NCBI GenBank assembly: GCA_002784045.1
Contig: PFJX01000113.1
Location: 2,619 to 66,618, forward strand
DNA length: 64,000 nucleotides
Direction: 5' to 3'
DNA from: Hydrogenophilales bacterium CG_4_10_14_3_um_filter_63_21
GTDB lineage: Bacteria; Pseudomonadota; Gammaproteobacteria; Burkholderiales; Thiobacillaceae
Part shown: piece by piece, positions 8,598-18,351 of the stretch
Layout of the letters: each line of letters begins with the position of its first letter
Position numbering within the stretch: position 1 is the first letter of the stretch
Program-made: the position numbers and the translations under genes
The notes under the pieces: generated by a model
What the model was told of the DNA's origin: nothing
What the model saw: the letters and a program-made list of their open reading frames with translations, nothing else
The model's database searches: none

Positions 8598-10937
8598 ATG
8601 ATCCGCCTCCTCATCCTCGCCTTCACCCTCGGCGCCGCTTTCCTGCAAACCCGGCCCGAGTTGCCGCCGCTGGCCTGGGCCGGGGCTCTCCCGCTGGCTT
8701 TCCCGCTGTTCCTCCGGCTACCCCGGCGCACGCGCCAGGCTGGCCTGCTGCTGGCCGCATTCGCCGCCGGTTTTTTCTATGCCGCCTGGCGCGCCGATCT
8801 GCGCTTGTCCGAACCATTGCCGCCGCTCTGGCAAGGGCGCGATGTCAGCCTGAGTGGGCGCGTGCTTGATCTGCCGGAAACCACGCCAAACGGCGTGCGC
8901 TTCCTGCTCGCGGTGTCGGCGGTCCGCACCCCCGGCGCCACCCTGCCGGCGCGTGTGCAACTTGGTTGGCACGGGCGGCCGGGCGAGCCGGTGCCCCAGG
9001 TGCGCGGCGGCGACTGCATCCAGGTGCTGGCGCGTCTTTATCGCCCGCATGGCAACGTCAATCCCGGTGGCTTTGACTACGAAGCCTGGCTGCTGGAACG
9101 CAACATTCGCGCTACTGGCAGCCTGGTCGGCCTGCCCGTCAGCGATAGGGCTTGCTCTGGCGGCTGGCGCGCGCGCCTTGATCGCACCCGTGAAGCCATC
9201 CGCGGCCACCTGCGCGACAGTCTCGGTGAGCGTCCCTATGCCGGCGTGGTGCGGGCGCTGGCGGTGGGCGATCAGGACGCTATTCCGCCCGCGCAATGGA
9301 CCCTGTTCCGGCAGACCGGGGTGACGCACCTGATGAGCATTTCCGGCCTCCACATCACCCTCTTTTCCGCCTTGATCTACGCGCTGGCGCGGGCCCTATG
9401 GCGGCGTGTTCCGGGCCTGGCCCTGCGCTTGCCGGCGCGTAAGGCGGGCGCGTTGCTCGGCTTTCTGGCCGCCGCCATTTACACCGCGCTGGCCGGTTTC
9501 GGCATTCCCGCGCAGCGCACCCTGTACATGCTGGCCGGCGCCGCCGGGGTGGCGCTGCTGGACCGCAACGGTAGCCCCTCGCGCCTACTGGCGGCGGCCC
9601 TGGCCGTGGTGGTGTTGCTCGATCCCTGGGCGGCGTTCGCGCCCGGCTTCTGGTTGTCCTTCGGCGCGGTGGCGGCGCTGCTCTGGGCCGGCAGCGGCCG
9701 CTTGCGCCCCCTGCCTGCCTGGCGCATGTGGGGGACGGCGCAATGGGCGGTGACCCTGGTGCTCACCCCGATTCTGCTGGCTTTGTTCCATGAAGTGTCG
9801 CTGGTTTCGCCGCTGGCCAATGCGTTGGCTATTCCCTTGATCAGCCTGATTGCGGTGCCGCTCTGCCTGGCTGCGGCGGTGCTGCCGTGGGGGCCACTCG
9901 CGGTGCTGGCGCATGCGGTCGTCAGCGTGGCCATGGTCGGGCTGGAGTGGCTGGCGCGCCTGCCGCAGCCGGTGTTCCACGCCGCCACGCCCAGCCTGCC
10001 AGCCTTGCTCCTGGCCCTGCTGGGCGCGGCCGTGCTGCTGTTGCCGCGCGGCGTGCCGACACGCTGGATGGGTTTGTTCCTGTTTCTGCCGCTGTTCTTC
10101 CCCCGGCTTCCCGCCCCGGCGCCGGGCGCGGCCTGGTTGACGGTGCTGGATGTCGGCCAGGGCGAGGCGCTGCTGCTGCGCACGGCGCGGCACAGCCTGC
10201 TGGTCGATGCCGGCCCGCGCTACCTCACCGGCGAGGATGCCGGCAGCCGCATCGTTGCGCCGACGTTGTGGCATCTGGGGATCAATCGCCTCGATGGCCT
10301 GATCCTGACCCATGACGACCTCGACCATAGTGGTGGCGTCGCCTATCTGCTGGCTAACCTCAAGCCCGGCTGGTTTCTCACCTCGCTGGCCGGTGTGCCA
10401 CGCGCCAGCTTGGGCGCGGTCGGCCAGGGTATCCTGGCGGCGCGGCCCGATGCGCGGCCCTGTGTCGCCGGGCAAACCTGGATCTGGGACGGCGTGGTTT
10501 TCCATGTGCTCCATCCGCCCGCGCATCACTACGCGCAGCCCGGCTATTCCGATAACGAGCGCGGCTGTGTGCTGCGGGTGGACGCGGTGGGCGGCAGCGC
10601 ATTACTGACGGCGGACATCGAGCGGTTGTCGGAAATGAACCTGCGGGAACGCCGGCAACCGGTGGCGGCCGATGTGCTGATCGCGCCGCACCACGGCAGT
10701 CGAACTTCCTCCACCCCCGATTTTCTGCAATCGGTGGCGGCGAAAATCATTGTCATCCCGGTTGGCCACCGCAACCGTTACGGGCATCCGCATCCGCAAG
10801 TGTTGGCGCGCTACCGGGCGCTGGGCGTTCAGCTCTGGCGCACCGATCGGGATGGCGCGGTGACGCTCAAGCTGGAGCGCCAGGGGATCGGAGTGGAACT
10901 GGCCCGGCAGGCGCGGCCGCGTTACTGGTGGGACTGA
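8598..10937 (+). CDS. comEC: DNA internalisation-related competence protein ComEC/Rec2
   Basis: 779 aa. Polytopic membrane core plus a C-terminal metallo-beta-lactamase-like domain (LTHDDLDHSGG ... APHHGS). Confidence 0.85.
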   Translation: MIRLLILAFTLGAAFLQTRPELPPLAWAGALPLAFPLFLRLPRRTRQAGLLLAAFAAGFFYAAWRADLRLSEPLPPLWQGRDVSLSGRVLDLPETTPNGVRFLLAVSAVRTPGATLPARVQLGWHGRPGEPVPQVRGGDCIQVLARLYRPHGNVNPGGFDYEAWLLERNIRATGSLVGLPVSDRACSGGWRARLDRTREAIRGHLRDSLGERPYAGVVRALAVGDQDAIPPAQWTLFRQTGVTHLMSISGLHITLFSALIYALARALWRRVPGLALRLPARKAGALLGFLAAAIYTALAGFGIPAQRTLYMLAGAAGVALLDRNGSPSRLLAAALAVVVLLDPWAAFAPGFWLSFGAVAALLWAGSGRLRPLPAWRMWGTAQWAVTLVLTPILLALFHEVSLVSPLANALAIPLISLIAVPLCLAAAVLPWGPLAVLAHAVVSVAMVGLEWLARLPQPVFHAATPSLPALLLALLGAAVLLLPRGVPTRWMGLFLFLPLFFPRLPAPAPGAAWLTVLDVGQGEALLLRTARHSLLVDAGPRYLTGEDAGSRIVAPTLWHLGINRLDGLILTHDDLDHSGGVAYLLANLKPGWFLTSLAGVPRASLGAVGQGILAARPDARPCVAGQTWIWDGVVFHVLHPPAHHYAQPGYSDNERGCVLRVDAVGGSALLTADIERLSEMNLRERRQPVAADVLIAPHHGSRTSSTPDFLQSVAAKIIVIPVGHRNRYGHPHPQVLARYRALGVQLWRTDRDGAVTLKLERQGIGVELARQARPRYWWD

Positions 10938-11030
10938 GGGCGCGCCGGCATCGCCGCTGGTTGACGTCCATCAAGGCCGCCGTCCTTGTTCGCGCCGACA
11001 CTCCCGCTTCCTTTTCCCCGCCGTAACCCC

Positions 11031-12224
11031 ATGTCCCGTCTCTGGTCGATCTACAGCGCCGCCCCGCATCGCGTCATGTTCCTTCCTGGCGCCCTGCAAA
11101 CCGTGCTGGCCATGCTCTGGTGGCTCTTCGACCTGGAAAACCGGCGCGCGGGCGGCGCCGGATTGAGCAGCCTGCCGGGGCCGGCGCTGCACCTCTGGTT
11201 GATGGTGTATGGCTGCTTCCCGTTTTTTATCTTCGGCTTCCTGTTCACGGCGGTGCCCAACTGGCTGAACGGGCCGGCCATTCCCCGGCGCGCCTACCTG
11301 GCGAGTGGGTTGCTCATGGCGCTGGGCCTGCCCCTGGTTTATGCCGGCCTGATCGCGGCCGGGCTGGCACTGCATCTGGCTGGCTGGAGCGTGGCGGTAT
11401 GGGCGCTGTTGCGCAGCCTCATCGGAGCGCCGTCGCAAGACAAACACCATGCCGGCATCGTCACGGCGGCGGTGGCGCTGGGTGGGGTGGGAGACGCGTT
11501 GTTCCTGGCCTGGGCCGGGGCGGCTTACCCCGCTGCTTTGCAGGGCGCCGAAGCCATCGGCCTGTGGGGGTTTCTGGTGCCCACCTTCCTGGCCGTGTGC
11601 CATCGCATGATTCCCTGGTTCACCAGCCGCATCGTGCCCAACTACGTGATGATCCGGCCCTATGGCCCGCTTTGGGGGCTGTTGGCGGGCGGTCTCGCGC
11701 ATGCCGTGCTGGAGGTGATGGAGCGGCGTGAATGGCTCTGGCTGGTGGATCTGCCGATGGCGATGGCCGTGTTCTGGTTCGCGATTCGTTGGGGGGTGGC
11801 GCGCGGGGCGCGGCAGGTTCGCCTGCTGGCCATGTTGCACCTGGCGTTTCTCTGGGCCGGGCTGGCGTTCGCGCTCTATGCCGGCGATAGTCTGGCGCGT
11901 TTCACCGGGCTGGCCTGGAGTGCCGGCCATGCGCCACTGCATGCCCTGGGCATCGGCTTCTTCTCCAGCATGTTGATCGGCATGGCCTCCCGCGTCAGCC
12001 TCGGCCATTCCGGCCGCAGGCTGGAAGCCGATGGCCTCACCTGGGGGCTGTTCTGGCTGGTGCAGGGGGTGGCGGTGCTGCGCATGTTGCCCGATCTGCT
12101 GCCAGGGTTGCCGCAAGGTTTGATTACGCTGGCCGGCGCGATGTGGTTGCTCGCCTTCGGCCTGTGGGCCGGGAAATACGCGCCGCTGTATTGGCGCCCA
12201 AGGCTGGATGGCAAACCGGGGTAG
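11031..12224 (+). CDS. nnrS: NnrS-family haem/copper membrane protein
   Basis: ORF 10986..12224; the likely start is ATG 11031 (MSRLWSIYSAAPHRVMFLPGAL...), a typical NnrS N-terminus. The protein is polytopic. Confidence 0.75.
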   Translation: MSRLWSIYSAAPHRVMFLPGALQTVLAMLWWLFDLENRRAGGAGLSSLPGPALHLWLMVYGCFPFFIFGFLFTAVPNWLNGPAIPRRAYLASGLLMALGLPLVYAGLIAAGLALHLAGWSVAVWALLRSLIGAPSQDKHHAGIVTAAVALGGVGDALFLAWAGAAYPAALQGAEAIGLWGFLVPTFLAVCHRMIPWFTSRIVPNYVMIRPYGPLWGLLAGGLAHAVLEVMERREWLWLVDLPMAMAVFWFAIRWGVARGARQVRLLAMLHLAFLWAGLAFALYAGDSLARFTGLAWSAGHAPLHALGIGFFSSMLIGMASRVSLGHSGRRLEADGLTWGLFWLVQGVAVLRMLPDLLPGLPQGLITLAGAMWLLAFGLWAGKYAPLYWRPRLDGKPG

Positions 12225-12252
12225 GGGCCAGCTTGTTGCACGTTAACCCGAC

Positions 12253-13578
12253 CTACTTCCTCGCCTTCCGGTCCAGTTCGCGCAGGTAAGCCAGGCGCTC
12301 ACCCATCTTGCCTTCCAGGCCGCGCGGGGTGGGGGCGTAGAAGCGCGGCGGCGCGGCCAGTTCGTCCGGGAAGTAATGCTCGCCGGCGGCGTAGGCTTCG
12401 GGTTCATCGTGGGCGTAGCGGTAAGCGCGGCCGTAGCCCAATGCCTTCATCAGTTTGGTGGGGGCGTTGCGCAGATGCACCGGCACCGCGCGTGAGCCAT
12501 CTTCCTTGACGAAGCCGTGTGCCGCGCCCCAGGCCAGATAACCGGCATTGGATTTGGGCGCGCAGGCCAGGTAGATCAGCGCCTGTGCCAGCGCCAGTTC
12601 GCCTTCCGGGCTGCCCAGGCGTTCGTAGGTTTCGGCGGCGTCCAGCGCCAGGCGGGCGGCGCGCGGGTCGGCCAGGCCGATGTCTTCCCAGGCCATGCGC
12701 ACGATGCGGCGCGCCAGATAACGCGGGTCGGCGCCACCGTCGAGCATGCGCGCGAACCAGTACAGCGAGGCATCGGGGTCGGAGCCGCGCACGCTCTTGT
12801 GCAGGGCGGAAATCTGGTCATAAAAGGCTTCACCACCCTTGTCGAAGCGGCGCAGCGAGGGCGACAGCGCTTGGGCGGCGAAGACCGCATCCACTTGCTC
12901 GACCCCGGCGATGCGCGCCGCCACCGCCAGTTGTTCGGCCAGATTGATCAGGCGGCGGCCGTCGCCATCGGCATAGGCCACCAGCAGCTTTTCCGCGTCG
13001 CCGCTCAGGTTCAGGCTCAGATGGCCCGGTTCCACGACGCGCGCGAGCAGGGCGGCGAGTTCGTTCTCATCCAGCGCGGATAGCACATAGACCTGGGCGC
13101 GTGAGAGCAGGGCGCCGACCACTTCGAACGAGGGGTTCTCGGTGGTTGCGCCGATGAAGGTGACCAGGCCGGATTCAACATGGGGCAGAAAGGCGTCCTG
13201 CTGCGCCTTGTTGAAGCGATGCACCTCGTCCACGAACAGGATGGTCTGGCGGCCATGAGCCTGGTTCATGCGTGCCCGCTCCACCGCCTCGCGGATCTCC
13301 TTCACTCCGGCCAGGACGGCGGAAATCTGGATGAAATCGGCGTCGAAATGGCGTGCGGCCAGCCTTGCCAGGGTGGTCTTGCCCACCCCCGGCGGCCCCC
13401 ACAGGATCATCGAATGCAGCCGCCGCGCGTCGAACGCCAATTTGAGCGGCATGCCCGGCCCGAGCAGATGCGCCTGGCCGATCACTTGATCCAGGCTTTG
13501 CGGGCGCATCGTCTCCGCCAGCGGCGCCTCGGCGTTGGCGGCCGGGGTGGCAAGGGAGTTGAAAAGATCGTCGCTCAT
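12253..13578 (-). CDS. rarA: Replication-associated recombination protein A (AAA+ ATPase)
   Basis: ORF 12253..13944 trimmed to ATG 13578 (MSDDLFNSL...). Walker [10 protein letters not shown] plus a MgsA-type C-terminal domain. The 122-aa upstream extension is Arg/Ala/Ser junk. Confidence 0.9.
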   Translation of the reverse strand: MSDDLFNSLATPAANAEAPLAETMRPQSLDQVIGQAHLLGPGMPLKLAFDARRLHSMILWGPPGVGKTTLARLAARHFDADFIQISAVLAGVKEIREAVERARMNQAHGRQTILFVDEVHRFNKAQQDAFLPHVESGLVTFIGATTENPSFEVVGALLSRAQVYVLSALDENELAALLARVVEPGHLSLNLSGDAEKLLVAYADGDGRRLINLAEQLAVAARIAGVEQVDAVFAAQALSPSLRRFDKGGEAFYDQISALHKSVRGSDPDASLYWFARMLDGGADPRYLARRIVRMAWEDIGLADPRAARLALDAAETYERLGSPEGELALAQALIYLACAPKSNAGYLAWGAAHGFVKEDGSRAVPVHLRNAPTKLMKALGYGRAYRYAHDEPEAYAAGEHYFPDELAAPPRFYAPTPRGLEGKMGERLAYLRELDRKARK

Positions 13579-13588
13579 GGGGGGGCGC

Positions 13589-15412
13589 CTAATCCTGGCG
13601 CGCTTCGCCGTTCGGCAACTGGTCCTGGCACTCGCGGAAGATGCGCGATTGGCAGGTGCGGCAGATTTCCGGATCGAGCCTCGGGTAGATACCGGCGATG
13701 GCGTCGGGTTTGTGCTCGAAAATGTGGTCGCGGCCGATGTCTTCCTGATATCCGCCCAGGCGAAGAATCCGGCAGAAGCCCTCGCGCATTCCGCACAGGT
13801 AGAGTCCGCCGCCCAGGCGCCGCCTGCGCAGGGCTTCACGGCTGAGCATTTCGGCGCCGGCCAGATCGATGACGTTGATGCCCTTGGAGAACAACAGGAT
13901 GTGCCGGCGGGTGGGCGTGTTCTCGCCCACCGCAACCAGCGCATGCTGGATGTGGTCGACCGCGCCGAAATAGATGCCGCCTTCGATGCGCAGCATCTTG
14001 AGTTGCGGGCAATCCGGTTCGGCGCCGGTCTCGATGATGAACTTGCGCCGCGGGTTTTCCCGGTCGGCTGGGTCCGGGACGATGGAGCGGATGGCCGGGC
14101 GCGAGGTGCGCGAGAGGTAGAAGATCAGGGCGGTGACGATGCCGAAGAAGATGCCTTTTTCCAGGTCGATCACCGTGCCGATGAAGGTGACGCCGAGCAC
14201 CACAGTTTCCTCGCGGTGCACCTTGAGGATGGCGTGGATGTGGTGGAAATCGACCAGGCTCCAGGCGACCAGGAACAGCACCGCAGCCATCGCCGGAATG
14301 GGTAGATGCGCCGCCAAGGGGGCGACCAGCAGCAACACGGCGAACAGGAAAACCGAGGAGAACACCGCCGCCAGCGGCGTGCGGGCGCCCGCCTCGTAGT
14401 TGACGCCGCTGCGGTTGAAGGAACCGGACGAGGCATAGGCCGAGAAGAAACTGCCGACCAGGTTGGATAGGCCCTGGCCGATGAATTCCTGGTTGCCATT
14501 GATGTGTTGTTCGGACTTCGCGGCGATCGACCGCGAGATCGACACCGCTTCGGTGAGCGCCAGCACGGTGACGGCCAGCGCCGAGAAGAAGGTGTTTTTC
14601 AGCGCGTGCAGCGAGAAATCCGGCAACGAGAGCGGCGGCAGGCTGGCCGCGAGGGCGCCGACAGTGCGGATTTTGGTGGTGGCGACGCCAAACTCGGCGT
14701 TCAGCGCGGCGGCCGCGAGGCCGCCCACCACCATCGCCACGATCATGTAGGGCACCTTCGGGATGAAGCGCCGCGACAGCAGGCCGGCGAGCAGCGAGAT
14801 CACCGCCACCGCCAGGATGTAGGGATTGATCTTGTCGATCTGCAGGAACAATTCCTCCACCACCTTGTAGGCCGGCGCGCCACGCGGGATGTCGAGGCCG
14901 AAGAAGTTCTTCATCTGGCTGGCGGCGATCAGCAGCGCCGCGCCGGCGGTGAAGCCGATCACCACGGTATGCGAGATAAAGTTGACCAGGGCGCCCAGTT
15001 TGGCCAGGCCCATGGCCAACTGGAACAGGCCGGTGAGGAAGGTGAGGGTGAGCACCATGCCGATGAACGCCGGCGAACCCGGCTCGGCGTAGGGCGAGAC
15101 CGAGGCGAACACGACAATGGAAATCGCCGTGGTGGGCCCGGAGACCAGATGCCACGAGGAGCCGAACAGGGCGGCGACGAGGGTCGGGACCATCGCCGCG
15201 TAAATGCCATATTCCGGCGGCAGGCCAGCGATGGTGGCGAAGGCTACCGCCTGCGGCAGCACGATCAGCGCGCCGGTGAAGCCGGCGATGGCGTCGTGCC
15301 TGAGGTTGCCAGGGGTGACCCGGTCCTGCCATTTCAGGAACGGAAAGACTTTGTAGAGCCAGAGATTGCAGGCAAGGAATTTTCCGAAGCGGTCGCGTTT
15401 CAGCCAGGACAT
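13589..15412 (-). CDS. SulP-family anion permease with C-terminal STAS domain
   Basis: ORF 13589..15496 trimmed to ATG 15412 (MSWLKRDRFGKF...). It has the LRHDAIAGFTGALIVLPQAVAFATIAGLPPEYGIY signature and a Cys-containing C-terminal tail. Confidence 0.85.
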   Translation of the reverse strand: MSWLKRDRFGKFLACNLWLYKVFPFLKWQDRVTPGNLRHDAIAGFTGALIVLPQAVAFATIAGLPPEYGIYAAMVPTLVAALFGSSWHLVSGPTTAISIVVFASVSPYAEPGSPAFIGMVLTLTFLTGLFQLAMGLAKLGALVNFISHTVVIGFTAGAALLIAASQMKNFFGLDIPRGAPAYKVVEELFLQIDKINPYILAVAVISLLAGLLSRRFIPKVPYMIVAMVVGGLAAAALNAEFGVATTKIRTVGALAASLPPLSLPDFSLHALKNTFFSALAVTVLALTEAVSISRSIAAKSEQHINGNQEFIGQGLSNLVGSFFSAYASSGSFNRSGVNYEAGARTPLAAVFSSVFLFAVLLLVAPLAAHLPIPAMAAVLFLVAWSLVDFHHIHAILKVHREETVVLGVTFIGTVIDLEKGIFFGIVTALIFYLSRTSRPAIRSIVPDPADRENPRRKFIIETGAEPDCPQLKMLRIEGGIYFGAVDHIQHALVAVGENTPTRRHILLFSKGINVIDLAGAEMLSREALRRRRLGGGLYLCGMREGFCRILRLGGYQEDIGRDHIFEHKPDAIAGIYPRLDPEICRTCQSRIFRECQDQLPNGEARQD

Positions 15413-15831
15413 TTCTGCTCCAGACAGATGAGGTATGCGGCGCCATCCGGCGGCTGGTTGTAACGTTGCGCGGTCCAGATCATCTCGGCCAGGCACTCCA
15501 TGACCTGATGCTGGGCATCGTGTTCATCGCCCAGCATGGCGCGCAATTTTTCATAGCGCGCCTTCAACCCGGCAGGCTGGTCGATGGAAAGCTGCTCGCT
15601 GATCGCCAGATGCATGGACAGATGCAGGAAGGGATTGGTCTCGCCCAGTTCCGGGCGCCATTCGCGCTCCTGGTAGCGCGCCGGCGCTTCCAGGATGGCG
15701 TGGTATTCCGGATGCCGGCCGATGTGTTCCACCGTGATGGCTTCCAGATCGGTCAGGGGTGTCCCCACGCGGAATTTCTTCCAGGCTTCGAAGAAGAACA
15801 GGCGGGCTTGATCACGGGTGGGATTGAACAT
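15400..15831 (-). CDS. DUF1841-family protein
   Basis: ORF 15400..15849; MFNPTRDQARLFFFEAWKKF...HPEYHAILE... is typical of DUF1841. It overlaps the SulP start by 13 nt. Confidence 0.7.
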   Translation of the reverse strand: MFNPTRDQARLFFFEAWKKFRVGTPLTDLEAITVEHIGRHPEYHAILEAPARYQEREWRPELGETNPFLHLSMHLAISEQLSIDQPAGLKARYEKLRAMLGDEHDAQHQVMECLAEMIWTAQRYNQPPDGAAYLICLEQKCPG

Positions 15832-15942
15832 GTCATGGAGCGCCGGCATTCTGCCGGCTTAGATTGAAAACACGCAAAGCGCTCCCTGGCGCGGCTTCCG
15901 CCTGGGTAATAAATGGGGTGAGCGGCGCGATCGGCGCGAGGT

Positions 15943-16575
15943 TCATACCGTCTTCGCCTTGAAATCGCACAAGTCGCGAATCAGGCAGTTGCCGCACTCC
16001 GGCTTGCGCGCCTTGCACACATAGCGGCCGTGCAGGATCAGCCAGTGGTGGGCGTTGTGGCGGAATTCGGCGGGGACATAACGTAACAGCTTCTGCTCGA
16101 CTTCCAGCACGGTCTTGCCCGGCGCCAGGCCGGTGCGGTTGGCGACCCGGAAGATGTGCGTATCCACCGCGATGGTGGGCTCGCCAAAGGCGGTGTTGAG
16201 CACCACGTTCGCGGTCTTGCGGCCCACCCCTGGTAGGGCTTCCAGGGCTTCACGGTGGTTCGGCACCACGCCGCCGTGCTGGTCGAGCAGGATATGGCAG
16301 GTGGCGATCAGGTTTTTCGCCTTGGTCTTGAACAGGCCGATGCGGCGGATCTGCTGGATCAGGCCGTCCTCGCCCAGAGAGCACATTTTCTCGGGGGTGT
16401 TCGCGAGCGGAAACAAGGTCGCGGTCGCCCGGTTCACACTCACATCGGTCGCCTGGGCCGACAGCATCACCGCCACCAGCAGCTCGAATGGCGTGCGGTA
16501 ATGGAGTTCGGTGGTGGGGTGTGGATTGGCGGCGCGCAGACGTTCGAAGATGGCGCGGCGTTGGCTGGCGTTCAT
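15943..16575 (-). CDS. nth: Endonuclease III
   Basis: 210 aa with an HhH-GPD core (LPGVGRKTANVVL) and a C-terminal 4Fe-4S loop CKARKPECGNCLIRDLC. Confidence 0.92.
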   Translation of the reverse strand: MNASQRRAIFERLRAANPHPTTELHYRTPFELLVAVMLSAQATDVSVNRATATLFPLANTPEKMCSLGEDGLIQQIRRIGLFKTKAKNLIATCHILLDQHGGVVPNHREALEALPGVGRKTANVVLNTAFGEPTIAVDTHIFRVANRTGLAPGKTVLEVEQKLLRYVPAEFRHNAHHWLILHGRYVCKARKPECGNCLIRDLCDFKAKTV

Positions 16576-16674
16576 GGGGCGCGATGATAAGAGAAACTTG
16601 ACCCAAGCGTCTCGCCGGCTCGCAGGCGTCTCACCTGCGTCTTTTAACCCAGCCGGCTGCTAGCATCCGCCCCC

Positions 16675-17682
16675 ATGCGAATCGAAAACCTCCGCCAGCG
16701 CCTGCGCGGCCTCGGCGCCAAACCTTGCCATGAACAGCGCGTGCTTCAGGCGTGGGCACGGGTGCGCTCCGTGGATACCCGCCACCGCCGCGCCGAGGAT
16801 TTTCTGCCGCTGCGGTTGCGTGAGGCGCTCCCCGCGCTGGCCGAGGAACTCCGCGGGCTCGCCCATCTGCGTTCGGAACATCCCGGCGAGGACGGTTCGG
16901 CGCGCCTCCTGGTCGAACTGGGCGACGGCCAGACGGTGGAAAGCGTGCTGCTGCCGCGTGGCGGCCTCTGCATCTCCACCCAGGTCGGCTGCGCGGTGGG
17001 CTGCGTGTTCTGCATGACCGGCCGCGCTGGCCTGCTGCGCCAACTTGGGAGCGCCGAGATCGTTGCCCAGGTGGTGCTGGCCCGCACCCGGCGAGCCGTC
17101 AGACGGGTGGTGTTCATGGGCATGGGCGAGCCGGCCCACAACCTCGACAACGTCCTCGAAGCCATCGACCTGCTCGGTACGGTGGGCGCCATCGGCCACA
17201 AGAATCTGGTGTTCTCGACCGTCGGCGACCGCCGCGTGTTCGAGCGCTTGCCGCAAGGCGTGGTGAAGCCGGCCCTGGCCCTCTCCTTGCACACCACGCG
17301 CGCCGACCTGCGCGCCAAACTCTTGCCGAAAGCGCCGCGCATCGACCCGGAGGAACTGGTGGCGCTCGGCGAGCGCTACGCCCGCGCCACCGGCTACCCG
17401 ATCCAGTACCAGTGGACCCTGCTCGAAGGCATCAACGACAGCGACGAAGAACTCGACGCCATCGTCCGCTTGCTGGCTGGCAAATACGCGATGATGAATT
17501 TCATTCCCTACAACGCCAACGAAGGCCTCGGTTTCCAGCGCCCCACCTGGGAACACGCTTGGGCACTGGCGGGAAAGCTGCATCAACGCGGCATCCTCAC
17601 TCGATTGCGCAACTCGGCCGGCCAGGACATCGACGGCGGCTGCGGCCAGTTGCGAGCGCGAGCGCTGACGATGGAATCTTGA
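16675..17682 (+). CDS. RlmN/Cfr-family radical SAM methyltransferase paralogue
   Basis: 335 aa. CISTQVGCAVGCVFCMTG carries the radical SAM CxxxCxxC motif in RlmN-like context, and there is a C-terminal GQDIDGGCGQL motif. Confidence 0.75.
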   Translation: MRIENLRQRLRGLGAKPCHEQRVLQAWARVRSVDTRHRRAEDFLPLRLREALPALAEELRGLAHLRSEHPGEDGSARLLVELGDGQTVESVLLPRGGLCISTQVGCAVGCVFCMTGRAGLLRQLGSAEIVAQVVLARTRRAVRRVVFMGMGEPAHNLDNVLEAIDLLGTVGAIGHKNLVFSTVGDRRVFERLPQGVVKPALALSLHTTRADLRAKLLPKAPRIDPEELVALGERYARATGYPIQYQWTLLEGINDSDEELDAIVRLLAGKYAMMNFIPYNANEGLGFQRPTWEHAWALAGKLHQRGILTRLRNSAGQDIDGGCGQLRARALTMES

Positions 17683-17703
17683 TTTCCAAAGTCCGACAGA
17701 TTG

Positions 17704-18351
17704 CTAGCGGGCCCGCCGCTCCTGCATCCAGTTGCGCCACGCGATGAGTAGCCCCAGGCCGATGAAAGCGCCGGGCGGGAGGATGGCGATGAGGAGACCG
17801 TGGTAGTCGGGAATGACCGGGATCACCCAGTCTTTCGCCATCGGCCCCAACGCGAGGTCGATGCCGGAGAGCAGGGTGCCCTTGCCGACGATTTCGCGCA
17901 GGGCGCCCAGGGTAACCAGGACCCCGGTGAGGCCGAGGCCCATCATGGTGGCGTCGAGCACGGAGTGGCCGGTGGCACGTTTCGAGGCGAACGCCTCGAC
18001 CCGCGCCAGGACGATGCAGTTGGTGGTGATGAGCGGGATGAATACGCCTAGCACGATGTAGAGGGCATGGACCCAGGCGTGCATGGCCAGTTCCACCACG
18101 GTGACCAGGGCGGCGATGATGAGCACGAATACCGGGATGCGGATTTCATGCGGGATGATGTTGCGGATCACCGCCACCGAACCGCTGGCGATCGCCATCA
18201 CCAGGGTGGTGGCCAGCCCCAGCGAGAGGGCGTTGACCACGTTGCTGCTGATCGCCAGCAGCGGGCACATGCCGAGGATCTGGACCAGGCCGGGGTTCTG
18301 CTTCCATAGGCCGTTGGTGATGATGTCGCGGGTTTCCTGGCTGAACATCAT
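17704..18351 (-). CDS. rnfE: Rnf complex subunit E
   Basis: ORF 17704..18648 trimmed to ATGATG at 18351 (MMFSQETRDIITNGLWKQNPGLVQILGMCPLLA...). Confidence 0.9.
   Translation of the reverse strand: MMFSQETRDIITNGLWKQNPGLVQILGMCPLLAISSNVVNALSLGLATTLVMAIASGSVAVIRNIIPHEIRIPVFVLIIAALVTVVELAMHAWVHALYIVLGVFIPLITTNCIVLARVEAFASKRATGHSVLDATMMGLGLTGVLVTLGALREIVGKGTLLSGIDLALGPMAKDWVIPVIPDYHGLLIAILPPGAFIGLGLLIAWRNWMQERRAR

Noticed and set aside
10971-12116. 381-aa minus-strand ORF
   Set aside because: It is antisense to the NnrS gene and has a shadow-ORF composition rich in Gln, Pro, Gly and His.
12225-12252. GTAGG...CCTAC ends between nnrS and rarA, suggesting another REP
   Set aside because: Only the 5-bp ends pair and the internal sequence is not palindromic, so it is probably chance.
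13579-13944. 122-codon N-terminal extension of the rarA ORF; similar extensions occur on the glgA, rnfE, mlaC and lolD ORFs
   Set aside because: The extensions lack homology, are Arg/Ser/Ala-rich and overlap neighbouring genes. Internal ATGs with Shine-Dalgarno sequences give canonical N-termini.
13836-15446. 536-aa alternative-frame ORF on the same strand as the SulP permease
   Set aside because: It is an out-of-frame overlap with a gene that has a clear SulP signature. Its Arg/Pro/Gly-rich translation has no TM pattern.
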